A stretch of 64,000 nucleotides of DNA from NCBI RefSeq assembly GCF_036365525.1, contig NC_090413.1, forward strand, positions 15,422,151 to 15,486,150, in the 5' to 3' direction. The first letter of the stretch is position 1. Every line of letters begins with the position of its first letter. Shown here piece by piece: positions 12,222 through 24,469 of this stretch. The DNA comes from Heterodontus francisci. Taxonomy: Eukaryota. Below the pieces are notes generated by a model. That model was not told the DNA's origin and ran no database searches. It worked only from the letters and a program-made list of their open reading frames with translations. The position numbers were made by a program, and so were the translations under genes.

Positions 12222-13550
12222 TCACAGAATCACAGAATTATTACAGTGCAGAAGGAGGCCATTCGGCCCATCCTGTCTGCACCAGCTCTCCAAAAAAAGC
12301 AATTCACTCAGTTCCATTCTCCTGCCTTCTCCCCATAACTCTGCACATTCTTCCTTTTTATATATCTGTCTAATTCCCTTTGGAATGCTTCAATTGAACC
12401 TGCCTCCACCATGTTCTCAGGCAGCGCATTCCAGACCTTAACCACTCGCTACGTGAAAAAGTTTTTCCCTCATGTCACTTTTGCTTCTCTTACCAAATAC
12501 TTTAAATCTGTGCCCTCTCGTTCTCAATCCTTTCATGAGTGGGAACAGTTTCTCTCTATCTACTCTGTCCAGACCTCTCATGATTTTGAATACCTCTATC
12601 AAATTACCTCTGAGCCTTCTCTTCTCCAAGGAAAATAGTCCTAACTTCTCCAATCTATCTTCATAACTGAAATTCCTCATCCCTGGAACCATTCTCGTGA
12701 ATCTTTTCTGCACTCTCTCCAATGTCCTCACATCTTTCCTAAAGTGTGGCACTCAGAACTGGACACAATACTTCAGCTGAGGCCGAACTAGTGTCTTATA
12801 CAAGTTCAACATAACTTCCTTGCGCTTGTACTCTACGTCCCTATTAGTAAAGCCCAGGATACTGTATGCTTTATTGACCACTCTCTCAACCTGTCCTGCC
12901 ACCTTCAATGACTTATGCACATATACACCCAGGCCCAGGTCCCTCTGCGCCTGCGCCCCCTTTAGAATTGTACCCTTTATTCTATATTATCTCTCCATGT
13001 TCTTCCTACCAAATGAGTCACTTCACATTTCTCTGCATTGAATTTCATCTGCCACCCGTCTGCCCATTCCACCGACTTGTCTATGTCCTTTTGGAGTTCT
13101 ACACTATCCTCCTCACAGTTCACAATGCTTCCAAGTTTCGTATCATCTGCAAACTTTGAAATTGTGCCCCGTACACCAAGGTCTAGGTCATTAATATATC
13201 AGGAAATGCAAGGGTCCCAACACTGACCCCTGGGGAACTCCACTACAAACCCTCATCCAGTCCGAGAAACATCCATTAACCATTACTCTCTGTTTCATGT
13301 CACTCAGCCAATTCCGTATCCATGTTGCTCCCATCCCTTTTATTCCGTGAGCTATAAGTTTGCTCACAAGTTTGTTGTGTGGCACTGTATTAAACGCCTT
13401 TTGAAAGTCCATGTACACCACATCAACAGCATTGCCTTCATCAACCCTCTCTGTTACCTCCTAAAAAAACTCCAGCAAGTTAGTTAAACATGATTTTCCC
13501 TTAAGAAATTCAAGCTGGCTTTCCATAATTAACCTGCGTTTGTCCATGAA
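12222..13550 (-). mobile_element. 5'-truncated CR1 LINE
   Basis: Minus-strand ORFs VYMDFQKAFNTVPH...GVPQGSVLGP and LERVQKRFTRMVPG. Confidence 0.92.
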
Positions 13551-14305
13551 ACTCTGTAAAAGAGTGTTTTGGATATTTTTATGATTCTGTCCTTCCTTAT
13601 GCTTGGAATTTGCTTTAAACACAAGCCAGTACTGAAACAATGACAATGAAAGCTGTAAAAACTCAACTGCTTTACAAATATCATGCTACCTTCCTTGTAG
13701 TTACATGATACAATGATACTGGAGCTGTTGACGAATCAATCTCTATCAATTAGTCAACAATAGATCCAGGCACTAAGCAAAGAAAATGGCAGTGGTGGAG
13801 ACCGTTGGGAACCATAGGACCAAGGTAACCTATTCCTCTCAAGCCACTCTACACTTACTACATGTCATATCTCAATTTCCTCATATACTGTATCCAAACT
13901 GTTATTTTCTGAAATAAATGTATCTATCTCACATTAGGGAGCCAGTTGCTTGAATTCACTGAAATACTGTTTTTCTGATTAGGTTTAAGTTTCTCTCCTT
14001 CAAACACAGGGCAAACTCCTTTGTTGTTTCTGTTCTGCACAAGGTGAAATAGTTTGTCATGATCACCTAGTCCATTTAGGATCTTAAATTAGATTCCTTT
14101 TTCTCCCGGACTGTGGAAAAGTCTTCTATCTCAAAGCAGGAACGTGAACTTTCTCGCGAAACCAGGCCAAACGTGATGTCACTTGGCAGTGATGAATTAG
14201 GTTAACCTCTGAGGTGCAAATGCGGCTCTGTGGGTGGAGTCGAGACCTGTTTTAGAATGATCTGGGCAAAATCCTGGAGTCTACACACTTCATGGATTAG
14301 TATAT

Positions 14306-14697
14306 AAGAAAGACTGTTATTTCTATCGCACCTTTCATAACCTCAAGACCTCTCAAAGCACTTTACAGCCAATGAAGTACAATTGAAGTGTCGTCACTGT
14401 TGTACTGCAGGGAAATGGAGCAGCTAATTTGCACACAATCAACAATGAGATTGTGACCAGATGATCTGCTGTAGTGATGTTGTTTGACGATTAAATATTA
14501 ACCAGGACACCAGGTAGAACTCCTCTTTGACATAGTGCCATGGGACCTTCTCCGTTTTAACATCTCATCTGAAAGGCAGCACCTCCAACAGTGCAGCACT
14601 CCCTCATTACTGCATTAGAGTGTTAGCTTACATTTTGTGCTCAAGTCTCTGGAGGGGAACTTGAACCTACAAGCTTCTAACGGCGAGGCGAGGGTGA
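14306..14697 (-). mobile_element. Deu-domain SINE (SacSINE1/AmnSINE-like); its head is displaced to ~16690-16713
   Basis: Reverse Deu-type motifs (ACAGTGCAGCACTCCCTC, GTGCCATGGGA, ACAGCCAATGAAGTAC). ACCCACTGAGCCACGGCTGA resumes after the HER1 insertion. Confidence 0.75.
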
Positions 14698-16688
14698 GAA
14701 GGACCATGTAGGTGTAGAGATCAGGGAGGGAATTGTGATATACTTGAACATATTAGCATTGAAAGGGAGGACGTATTAGCTGTTTTAGTGGGCTTAAGAG
14801 TGGATAAATCCCCAGGCCCAGATGAAATGTATCCCAGGCTGTTGTGTGAGGCAAGGGAGGAGATAGCACGGGCTCTGACACAAATTTTCAAATCCTCTCC
14901 AGCCACAGGAGAGGTACCAGAGGGTTGGAGGACAGCGAATGTGGTACCATTATTCAGAAGGGGAGCAGGGATAAACCAAGTAATTACAGGTCGGTGAGTC
15001 TAACATCAGTGGTAGGGAAAATATTGGAAAAATTCTGAGGGACAGGATTAATCTCCACTTGGAGAGGCAGGGATTAATCAGGGACAGTCAGCATGGCTTT
15101 GTCAGAGGGAGATCGTGTCTAACTAACTTGATTTAATTTTTCGAGGTGGTGACGAGATGTGTAGATGAGGGTAAAGCAGTTGATGTAGTCTACATGGACT
15201 TTAGTAAGGCTTTTGATAAGGTCCCACATGGGAGATTGGTTAAGAAGGTAAGAGCCCATGGGATCCAGGGCAATTTGGCAAATTGGATCCAAAATTGGCT
15301 TAGTGGCAGGAGGCAGAGGGTAATGGTCGAGGGTTGTTTTTGCGAGTGGAAGCCTGTGACCAGTGGTGTACCGCAGGGATCGGTGCTGGGACCCTTGCTG
15401 TTTGTAGGGTACATTAATGATTTAGATGTGAATATAGGAGGTATGATCAGTAAGTTTGCAAATGACACGAAAATTGGTGGTGTCGTAAATAGTGAGGAGG
15501 AAAGCCTTAGATTACAGGACGATATAGATGGGCTGGTAAGATGGGCAGAGCAGTGGCAAAATGGAATTTAATCCTGAGAAGTGTGAGGTGATGCATTTTG
15601 GGAGGACTAACAAGGCAAGGGAATATACAATGGATGGTAGGACCCTAGGAAGTACAGAAGGTCAGAGGCACCTTGGTGTACTTGTCCATAGATCACTGAA
15701 GGCAGCAGCACAGGTAGATAAAGTGGTTAAGAAAGCATATGGGATACTTGCCTTTATTAGCCGAGGCATAGAATATAAGAGCAGGGAGGTTATGATGGAG
15801 CTGTATAAAATGCTAGTTAGGCCACAGCTGGAGTACTGAGTACAGTTCTGGTCACAACACTATAAGAAGGATGTGATTGCACTGGAGAGGGTGCAGAGGA
15901 GATTCACCGGGATGTTGCCTGGGCTGGAGCATTTCAGCTATGAAGAGAGACTGAAAAGGCTGGGGTTGTTTTCCTTAGAGAAGGATGAGGGGAGATATGA
16001 TTGAGGTATACAAAATTATGAGGGGCATTGATAGGGTGGCGCAGTGGTTAGCACTGCAGCCTCACAGCTCCAGGGACCGGGGTTCAATTCTGGGTACTGC
16101 CTGTGTGGAGTTTGCAAGTTCTCCCTGTGACCGCGTGGGTTTTCGTCGGGTGCTCCGGTTTCCTCCCACAGCCAAAGACTTGCAGGTGATAGGTAAATTG
16201 GCTGTTGTAAAATTGCCCCTAGTGTAGGTAGGTGGTAGGGAATATGGGATTATTGTAGGGTTTGTATAAATGGGTGGTTGTTGGTCAGCACAGACTTGGT
16301 GGGCTGAAGGGCCTGTTTCAGTGCTGTATCTCTAAATAATAAATTGAAAAAAATAGATAGGAAGGAACTTTTTCCCTTAGCGGCGGGGTCAATAACCAGG
16401 GGGCATAGAATTTAAGGCAAGGGGCAGGAGGCTTAGAGGGGATTTGGGGAAAATATTTTTGACCCAGAGGGTGGTTGGAATCTGGAACGCACTGCCTGAA
16501 GGGGTGGTAGAGGCAGGAACCCTCACAACATTTAAGAACTATTTAGATGAGCACTTGAAATGCCAAAGCATACGTGGCTAGGGCCAAGTGCATGGAAAAT
16601 GAGATTAGAACAGTTAGGTGCTTGATGGACGGCACAGAGATGATGGGCTGAGGGGCCTGTTTCTGTGCTGTATAACTCTATGACTATA
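14698..16688 (+). mobile_element. 5'-truncated HER1/CR1 LINE
   Basis: KSPGPD, YMDFSKAFDKVPH, GVPQGSVLGP, KFANDTK. Tail TATAACTCTATGACTATA. Confidence 0.93.
16036..16345 (+). mobile_element. HE1-type SINE nested in HER1
   Basis: Same sequence as 11336-11673; interrupts the GATAGGGT|AGATAGG site of the LINE. Confidence 0.92.
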
Positions 16689-17933
16689 GTACCCACTGAG
16701 CCACGGCTGATACAGTGAGCAATGACATTTTCTTCATCCATGGCGTCATCCCTTCCCGAGAACTTCCCATGCTTAAATGTGGTGATGGTTCTGATGCAGT
16801 AATTGCGACACGATAGTGCCTCTCCAGAAAAGCTGCAGGCGAGACTCTCCGCGATAAGCATCAATGACCCTTCTAGATGTTGAATATTCTCACGTGAAAT
16901 CTCCTCAGTGATCTGACTGTAGACTGGTGCAGGGCGATCAAACTAATGAGACCAAGCAGCGAGCTGACAGTGCTACGAAACGTACTTTCCTGTTCTTAAT
17001 TCAGGAAGAGTCCGATCAGTTGTGGCTCTGCATGCTTGAGAGGAATGAGCGTCCCTTAAGATAATTGCCATTTCACGGCTTTGTGACAGCTACGAAGCTT
17101 CCTCGTTTTAAATGCTGGGGATCAGGTCCATCTGTTCACTAAAATCAGTCCAAGGCACCGAGAGTCGACAATTAACAGCATTACGTGGAGACTAACCGTC
17201 GGAGTAATCAGACAAAACTGTACTGTGACTGACGGGGTCCAAACACCTCGGTACCAAACCCTTGAAGGGGAAAAAAAAAATCCTTCAATTCCTTGCAATC
17301 TATTTTTTAAGTTTTCCACTGAATAGCACTGCTCGCTGAGAGAAGTTGCACTTGTTCATATTTTTTTGATATATTCATTGTTTTATCCTCTTCTCAGGCA
17401 AGTCAGTAATGGATGTATTGCTTGGCACTTAGCTTTACTTAACGGAAGGCTCTTGACACTGTAATTTTCAGTCTCCTGCTTGCAAATCCTTCGAGCTTAG
17501 TTATCAGCTTTGACACTTGAAACCATTTCCCCCCCCTCTCTGATTTTGCCTGGTGGAGACTGTGGTCTAATTCCGATCACTCACCTCTCTGTGTCCTTCT
17601 TCAGAAGTTTCTTCAAGAAAACAAACTCCCTAAAAAGAAAAGTTCAGGACGCCTCGCAAACTCAGCAGCAGGGAAAATGACGAACAATAGTGTATCATTA
17701 GGGACTGTCAGTCTTGCTTTGCTCTCTCGAGAGTTAGCTTTGGCTCTGTATAAAACAGTGACAGAATCATGGATTACAGCATGGAACTGTCACATTCACT
17801 AACCATTTAAAAATCCTTGGTGGGGTCGTTCAGGTGTTGGTAACACCCATCTGGAAAATCATGCTCTAATGGATATATGAGACTCGGTTGAATTCCTGTC
17901 AGTTGACATCATTTATTAAAAAACAAAAAAAAA

Positions 17934-18075
17934 ACAGTTCTGATGAAGGGTCACTGACCCGGAACGTTAACTCTGCTTCTCTCTCCACAGATGCTGCCAG
18001 ACCTGCTGAGTATTTTCCAGCACTTATGTTTTTATTTCAGATTTCCAGCATCTGCAGTATTTTGCTTTTATTTAT
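17934..18075 (+). mobile_element. Penelope-like pLTR fragment with mutated hammerhead
   Basis: CAGTTCTGATGAAGGGTCACTGACCCGGAACGTTAACT (GAAA changed to GGAA), followed by CCACAGATGCTGCCAGACCTGCTGAG as at 47773-47875. Confidence 0.8.
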
Positions 18076-18234
18076 ATTTAAAAAAAAGAACTGACAGTTG
18101 CAAAGAGTCTTTCACATCCTCTGAACATCCAAAAGTATTTCATAACCAATGAATCAGGCCATGATAACAGCTCACTTGCACAAAGAAGGTACGACGAATA
18201 ATGAGGTCAATGATCTGCTAACGTGGTGTGATTA

Positions 18235-19200
18235 ATGTTTGTCATGTATTGCCTCTGTGCCTTTGTCTCGGACTCCCATAGAGGGGTGAGCAGCCATGTC
18301 TTCAAGGGATATCACTTCCCCCCGAGGATCCATCCACGCACTTTGAGGGTTGGAGTGAAGATCTGAGGCTGCGTCGAATGGCAGAAGATGAAGAAGGCTT
18401 GGCAGCTGCCAGGAAAGCGAGCACACACTTGGACGAAGCTCGTGTTATGGTCGCAGAGCAGTTGGACTTTGAGGGAGTGGTGTGCAGCCTCTCGTGAGAT
18501 GCCACTTAAATCTGCATCTTATCCTTGGAAGGAGCCAGAAGTGAAGGATTTGAAGGCCACAGTGAGTTTGAAGGCTAGTGGCAGGGCAGGATGTACTGCG
18601 AGGTACAAGGTCTTCGGCATGAGGACACAGATGCTCTGACCATCTGCCTGGAGAGTCACAGTCTCAGGCGGCACTGGATCTAAACCATTTCCAGGTAGCT
18701 CCGTCTTTGGCGGTAGGTCCTGTGTCAAGGGTATGGTCTCCATGTCCTTCCTGCCCCTCTTTCCTCTCCCATGCCCTCCTGCTGCTTGGGTTTCTGCCCT
18801 TCCTGCGGAGGGTGTTGTCCTTCATTGTCACTGGGCCTAATATCTGACAGTCGTGCCACCAATGCCAGCTGCAGTCTTCCTTTTGAACAGGCAGCCAATT
18901 GTCCTTGGCAGCCTTGCCCTCTGCTCTTCTTCCCCCCGCGATGCCAGGGGTGTGATGACCCCGGTCAATGTTCGAGCGCTGTATCCACTCTCCCCGCCAT
19001 CTACGCAGTGCCAAGGGCATCTCCTTACCAAACACCGAGTCCCCCTTTACCCCACTGACCCTCTTATAGAGCCAGGGTAATGCTCTGGGGCAGCCGTGAC
19101 TGGATCCCCACTCTGTACCTTCCTCCCTTTAGCTGATCTGCACCAGACACCTCCTGAAATCCACGTGCTCCCTTCAAAGTTGCACCCTCTCTCTCCAACA
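18235..19200 (-). mobile_element. Decayed PIF/Harbinger transposase remnant
   Basis: Minus-strand translation HHSLKVQLLCDHNTSFVQVCARFPGSC and LTVAFKSFTSGSFQG (HARBI1-like motifs). Homologous to 48455-49960. Confidence 0.8.
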
Positions 19201-19474
19201 TGCTCTCAGTGAGCTTTTAAACTACTTTCATTGGCCTCAATAGTGAAGACAGCAGGATCCCTGACCTACCCTTCTCTATCCCACCCCACCTCACTGCGCA
19301 CCCTCCCCCCCCCAACATTGCCAGCACTAGGAACAATGTCCTGAATGTTGCCTCAACATTCCTTCCTACAGCTTGGAGCCCAAAAGTACACCCAGTACTC
19401 CAACTGTGGTATTATTGAGATTTTGTATAGATTCACCATCACACGAAGAAAGATTTGCATTTCCATAGCATAGG

Positions 19475-20251
19475 GGGCCGAATTTTATTAGCTCACCACC
19501 GTTCTCGGCGGCAAGCTTCAAAAAGCGCGCAGCGCACGTGCGAGACGTGTGTCACGGAGCCGCCATAATATTTCATGTGGTGGCTCATTAACATGGAAGG
19601 GGGAGGGGGGTGCTTCGTCCCTGGCAATGGCATCCGGTGCCACCATGCAGGCGCCAATTTTAAAGGGCTTTAACGAGAACTGCACGTTGAATTTAAATTG
19701 TCAATGAAACATCAAAGCCCCTTGTTCCACCACCCCCCCCCCCCACAATGACAAAACAAGATATTTATTTCCCTCTCCCCCCCATCCTTAAAAAAACTTT
19801 TTATCCGGTCCTGACCTTTCACCCCCATATTTTATTATCTTTGCCCTTCAACCCCTTCCCATCATCCCCTCAGCCAATTGTAACCATTTTCCCCGCTCCC
19901 CCTCCCCCCCACCCTGAATATTTCATTCCTGCCCCTTTGCCAACAGTGTTCCGCCTCGGATCTCAGAATGGAGATCCGAAGGGGCAGCACTTCCGGCAAC
20001 CGGCTGGAATATCGGCGTGGGATGACAGTTGCTACAGGGTAAGTCATTATTCATTCATTTTATTTTAATTAACACATTTAAATAAAGTCTCCGTCGCCGT
20101 GCAGCGGGAAGGCCACCACGAGACCTTGCTGCCGCCAAAATGGGGCGGGGCCTTCCCGGCGTCGAGGTCCATGGCGGGGCCTCTCCCAGAAGAATATTCC
20201 AGGTCCCCCCACCACAACCCCCGACATCAGGGGGCTTATAAAATTCAGCCC
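19475..20251. mobile_element. Harbinger-type MITE
   Basis: TIRs GGGCCGAATTTTAT / ATAAAATTCAGCCC with 3-bp TSD AGG. Confidence 0.85.
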
Positions 20252-20284
20252 AGGATGTCTATAGGTGTTTCACAGCCATTGAAG

Positions 20285-20718
20285 GGAAGGCGGTGGAGTA
20301 GTGGTATTGTCACTGGACTAGTAACCCAGAGACCCAGGGTATTGCTCTGGGGACATGGGTTCAAATCCCACCACAGCAGAAGGTGGAATTTGAATTCAAT
20401 TAATAAATCTGGAATTAAAAAGCCAGTCTAACGATGGCCATGAAACCATTGTCGATTGTTGTAAAAACCCATCTGGTTCACTAATGTCCTTTAGGGAAGG
20501 AAATCTGCTGTCCTTACCTGGTCTGGCCTACATGTGACTCCAGACCCACAGCAATGTGGTTGACTCTTACATGCCCTCTGAAATGGCCTAGCAAGCCACT
20601 CAGTTGTACCTAACCGCTACAAAGTCCAAATGGACTGTGGCGGTTCAAGGGCAATTGGGGATGGGTAATAAATGCTGGCCTAGCCAGCGATGCCCACATC
20701 CCATGAATAAAAAAAAAG
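20285..20718 (+). mobile_element. tRNA-derived SINE sharing head and tail with the 3013-7472 LINE
   Basis: A box TGGAGTAGTGG, B box GGTTCAAATCC, core CCCATCTGGTTCACTAATGTCCTTTAGGGAAGG...GCCACTCAGTT, tail GGGCAATTGGGGATGGGTAATAAATGCTGG...poly-A. Confidence 0.9.
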
Positions 20719-21489
20719 TACTGATGTGTAGTCACTGTTGTAATGTAGGAAATGTGGCAGCCAATTTGTGCACAGCAAGCTCCCACAAACAGCAATGTGA
20801 TAATGACCAGATCATTTGTTTTTTTGTGATGTTGATTGAGGAATAAATATTGGCCAGGACACTGGAGAGAACTCCCTCCACTCTTCTTCCAAATTGTACC
20901 ATGGGATCTTATACATCCAACTGAGAGAGCAGACGGGGCCTCAGCTTAAAAAGATTTCCAACATGTTTCCGTGGGAACAGGTGTCCAATTATTGGCAACA
21001 CCTTTCCTTCCAGCAACAAACATTTTTAGACATAAAAAAATCAACGCAAGTGTAATTGCAGAGACAAACATCAATTACAACACTAAACAGTGATTTTCCC
21101 AGATATCAAGGAATGAATAATAACTTGGTAACATGAATTGTGGCAGATGAGTGGAAGTTAAAAAAAACATTACATCCAGCAAATATAACCGACAAGCACG
21201 AGACAATGAAAGACTTGCATTCATATAGCAATTTGTCATGTCACTCAGAAATTTCTTGAAGTGCTTTGCATTATAATGAATTACTTTGTACAGTGGTGTA
21301 GGCAAGCTATATTTTGTTGACTTTTCAGAGTTTACTAAATTCAATTGATACTTCATCAGAGATAAAACTCAGGCAGATGACTCACTCCAATGGACCAAGT
21401 CCCTTAACATTCACTGCCAATGTGTAGAATTAATGAATTGCACAATCACGCGAACAAAAAAAATCTGATTACCCAGTATGTTGCCTTAC

Positions 21490-21930
21490 GTTATGAAGGT
21501 TATCTGGACAGACTGAAGATGCTGGGGTTCTCCTTAAAGCAGAGAAGGTTAAGAGGAAATTTGAAAGAGGCGTTGAAAATCATGAAGGCGTTACTTAGAG
21601 TAAATGAAGAGAAACCGCTTCCAATTGCTAAAGGGCCGATAACCAGAGGGCACAGATTTAAGGAGATTGGCAAAAGAAGCAGAGGTAACATGAGGCAAAA
21701 CTCTTGCACAGTGAAATGGTTAGGATTTGGAATGCACTGCCTGATAGGATAAAGATTCAATTGTAGCCTTCAAAAGGAAATTGGATAAATACTGCAAGAG
21801 AAAAATTTGCAGGGGATGTGGGGTAAGAGTGGGGGTGTGGGATTAACTGGGTTGTTCTTTAAAAGAGCCAGTGCAGACCCGATGGGCCAATTGGCCTCCT
21901 TCTGTGCCATACTATTTTATGACTAGACTA
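21490..21930 (+). mobile_element. Degenerate CR1 3' fragment
   Basis: RLKMLGFSLKQRRLRG...TRGHRFK and CR1 tail. Confidence 0.8.
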
Positions 21931-23029
21931 CGACCTTGTCATGGCTTGAAAGGATCAATTCTTATGAAGAGCATTTCCAGCTGACGGCCTCCTGCACCAG
22001 GAAAAGGCATTAAGATTCTGTTTGCATGCCCCTCGAATAATTCCCTGTCCATTCATTCATACACTTGCACCAAATGCAACTTTAAAAAGGATAAACGTGC
22101 GTTAATAGTTAATTTCATACGATAAAGTATAAGAAAGTTCAACATTTCATCCCAGTAGGAGCAATTACAATGAGAAATAAATAGCTGTACTAGTTTGGCT
22201 TAGTTGAAAGCATTACTGGCCTATAATTCAGGAACTAATAGGTTCAAGGTTCCGCTCCATTATCTGATTGGGATCATTGCGTTTAGATAAAATGATAAGT
22301 TGATGCCCTGGCTGCTGGGTCCGCTGGATTTCAAGGAGCTAAGAAAAGGTAACAGGGAAATTTCTGGTTTGCTATCCAACTTACTTCCCCCAACCCACAC
22401 AGCATAGATCAACATGGTTTGTTTTCAGCAGTTTTAGAGTTTAGAACAAGGAGACTACTGTACAAGATTAAATAGATAGGACAGAGAGTAGGAGATATTT
22501 TTTTAACACGGGGGTTGTGAGGCTTTGGAATACACTGCTAGAGTTAGTGACCGAAACAGAGACCATGTCAACATTTAACAACACATGGTTGAAGGAAAGT
22601 GGACTCTCTATACACCTGACTTGTTCTTGACTGAGCTCATATCATACAGAAAGTATGTTCCTTTATAGATAACACTTGGTCCATCTGATCTCCTGTACTG
22701 GTTTCAATCACCTGAGGGGGTCTAGAGAGGAATTTTCCAGAATATTTCTATCCCTGATTGGCCCTAGGGTTTTTTAGGGGTTTCTTTGCCTCTTCCAGAG
22801 GTCACATGGCTGCAGCAGGAGGCGGAGTTAGGGGAATGGGGTGGGGAAGTGACTGGTCATGATATTCCTTCATCTTGCTTGTGGGGCAGGCTTGATGGAA
22901 CCAGCTTATCTTTTCCTGTCTGTCATTTTCTAATGGGACAAGACCAATTCCTGCCATAGGGAAGATAAACACTAACATGGAGTGGTTGGACCGAACAGTC
23001 TGTTTCAGTGCTGTCATTTTGGTGCAATT

Positions 23030-23790
23030 TTTTTTTTATTCCTTTCATGGAAAGTGGGCGTCGCTGGCCAGGCCAGCATTTATTGCCCATCCCTAATTGC
23101 CCTTGAGAAGGTGGTGATGAGCTGCCTTCTTGAACTGCAGCAGTCCATGTGAGGTAGGTACACCCACAGTGCTGTTAGGAAGGGAGTTCCAGGATTTTGA
23201 CCCAGCGACAGTGAAGGAACGGCGATATAGTTCCCAGTTAGGATGGTGTGTGACTTGGAGGGAACTTGCAGGTGGTGGTGTTCCCATGCATCTGCTGCCC
23301 TTGCCCTTCTAGGTGGTTGAGATTGTGGGTTTGGAAGGTGCTGTTGAAGGAGCCTTGGTGAGTTGCTGTCGTGCATCTTGTAGTGCTGCCAGTATGCATT
23401 GGTGGTGAAGGGAATGAATGTTGGAGGTGGTGGATAGGGTGCTGATTAAGCGGGCTGCTTTGTCCTGGATGGTGTCGAGCTTCTTGAGTGTTGTTGGTGC
23501 TGCAATCATTTAGACAAGTGGAGAGTATTCCATCACGCTCCTGACTTGTGCTTTGTAGATGTGGACAGGCTCTGGGGAGTCAGAAAGTGGGTTAATCACT
23601 GCAGAATTCCCAGCCTCTGACCTTCTCTTGTAGCCACAATGTTTATGTGTCTGGTCCAGTTAAGTTTCTGATCAATGTTCACCCCCAGAATGTTGATAGT
23701 GGGGGATTCAGCGACAGTAATATCATTGGATGTCAAGAGGAGATGATTAGATTCTCTCTTGTTGGAGATGATCATTGCGTGGTACTTGAG
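23030..23790 (-). mobile_element. 3' fragment of the 3013-7472 LINE family
   Basis: Reverse complement of ~6730-7470 (LKKLDTIQDKAARLI, RRSFTVAGSKSWNSLP). Confidence 0.9.
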
Positions 23791-23968
23791 TTAGCTGCTT
23801 ACTCCAATTGTTGCAGGAGTCGTGCTGTACTCTATGTACACTTTGACAACAATAGTCACTGTGGTCTCAAAACTATTCACTGCCTTTGAAGCACTTAGTG
23901 ACATTTCCAAAGGTGAGATATGGCACTCTGTGAAAGAAAGTCTCTGTAATGCTGAAAATAGAGACATG

Positions 23969-24004
23969 TTGTTGAAGCTTTTCGTCTTGCACTCATCAGG
24001 ACAT
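23969..24004 (-). ncRNA. Minimal type I hammerhead ribozyme motif
   Basis: Minus strand TGTC-CTGATGA-GTGCAAGAC-GAAA-AGCTTC-AACAA. Confidence 0.75.
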
Positions 24005-24048
24005 TCCGCAAGAATAACCAATGCAATTACATTGGTTATTCTTGCGGA

Positions 24049-24084
24049 TTGTCCTGATGAGTGCAAGACGAAAAGCTTCAACAA
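24049..24084 (+). ncRNA. Minimal type I hammerhead ribozyme motif
   Basis: TTGTC-CTGATGA-GTGCAAGAC-GAAA-AGCTTC-AACAA. Self-complementary AAGCTT stem III; predicted UUC cut after 24079; C-A mismatch at the base of stem I. Confidence 0.78.
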
Positions 24085-24469
24085 CATGTCTCTATTTTCA
24101 GCAATACTCAAGTTCTGCCCTACTAAAGTCTCTGTCTTTCCTTTGGGTTTGGGAATCTTATAGTGCAAATCCCCTTGAGTGTAGTAACATCCACTTGATA
24201 CATTTCCGAAATCTGCTGCTGAGAAGTTACATACTCTCAGCATGTGGCCGACACCGTCAATACATTATTGTTACCCATTCCTGGCCATTAAAAGGCCACC
24301 GTGTAGCATTAGGCTGGACTCTTGTGTAGAGTACGATAAAGGTGGGAGCTTCTTTCTAACAATATTCTGTTAGCTTTCATGGTCAATTGTTCTTGGTACC
24401 AGCCCACAGGTTAGCAGGTTTATTGAGTTGATACAATTTGCAATGGTGGGATTTGAACTCAAACAAAAA

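Larger units (their letters stand above)
19446..20950 (-). mobile_element. Deu-domain SINE interrupted by a MITE and a second SINE
   Basis: Tail AAGAAAGATTTGCATTT at 19446. It resumes at ~20252-20284 and 20719-20950 (GTAGTCACTGTTGTAATGTAGGAAA...GACGGGGCCTC). Confidence 0.75.
23950..24117. mobile_element. Fold-back remnant of two inverted Penelope-like pLTR ends
   Basis: 23950-24103 is a near-perfect palindrome. Both arms match the ends of the Penelope-like element at 62935-63623. Confidence 0.9.

Noticed and set aside
16943-16985. CTAATGAG...CGAAAC hammerhead-like spacing
   Set aside because: Core is not CTGANGA and stem II does not close.
23791-24243. Mirror-image ORFs of 113-150 aa on both strands
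   Set aside because: Artefact of the pLTR palindrome.
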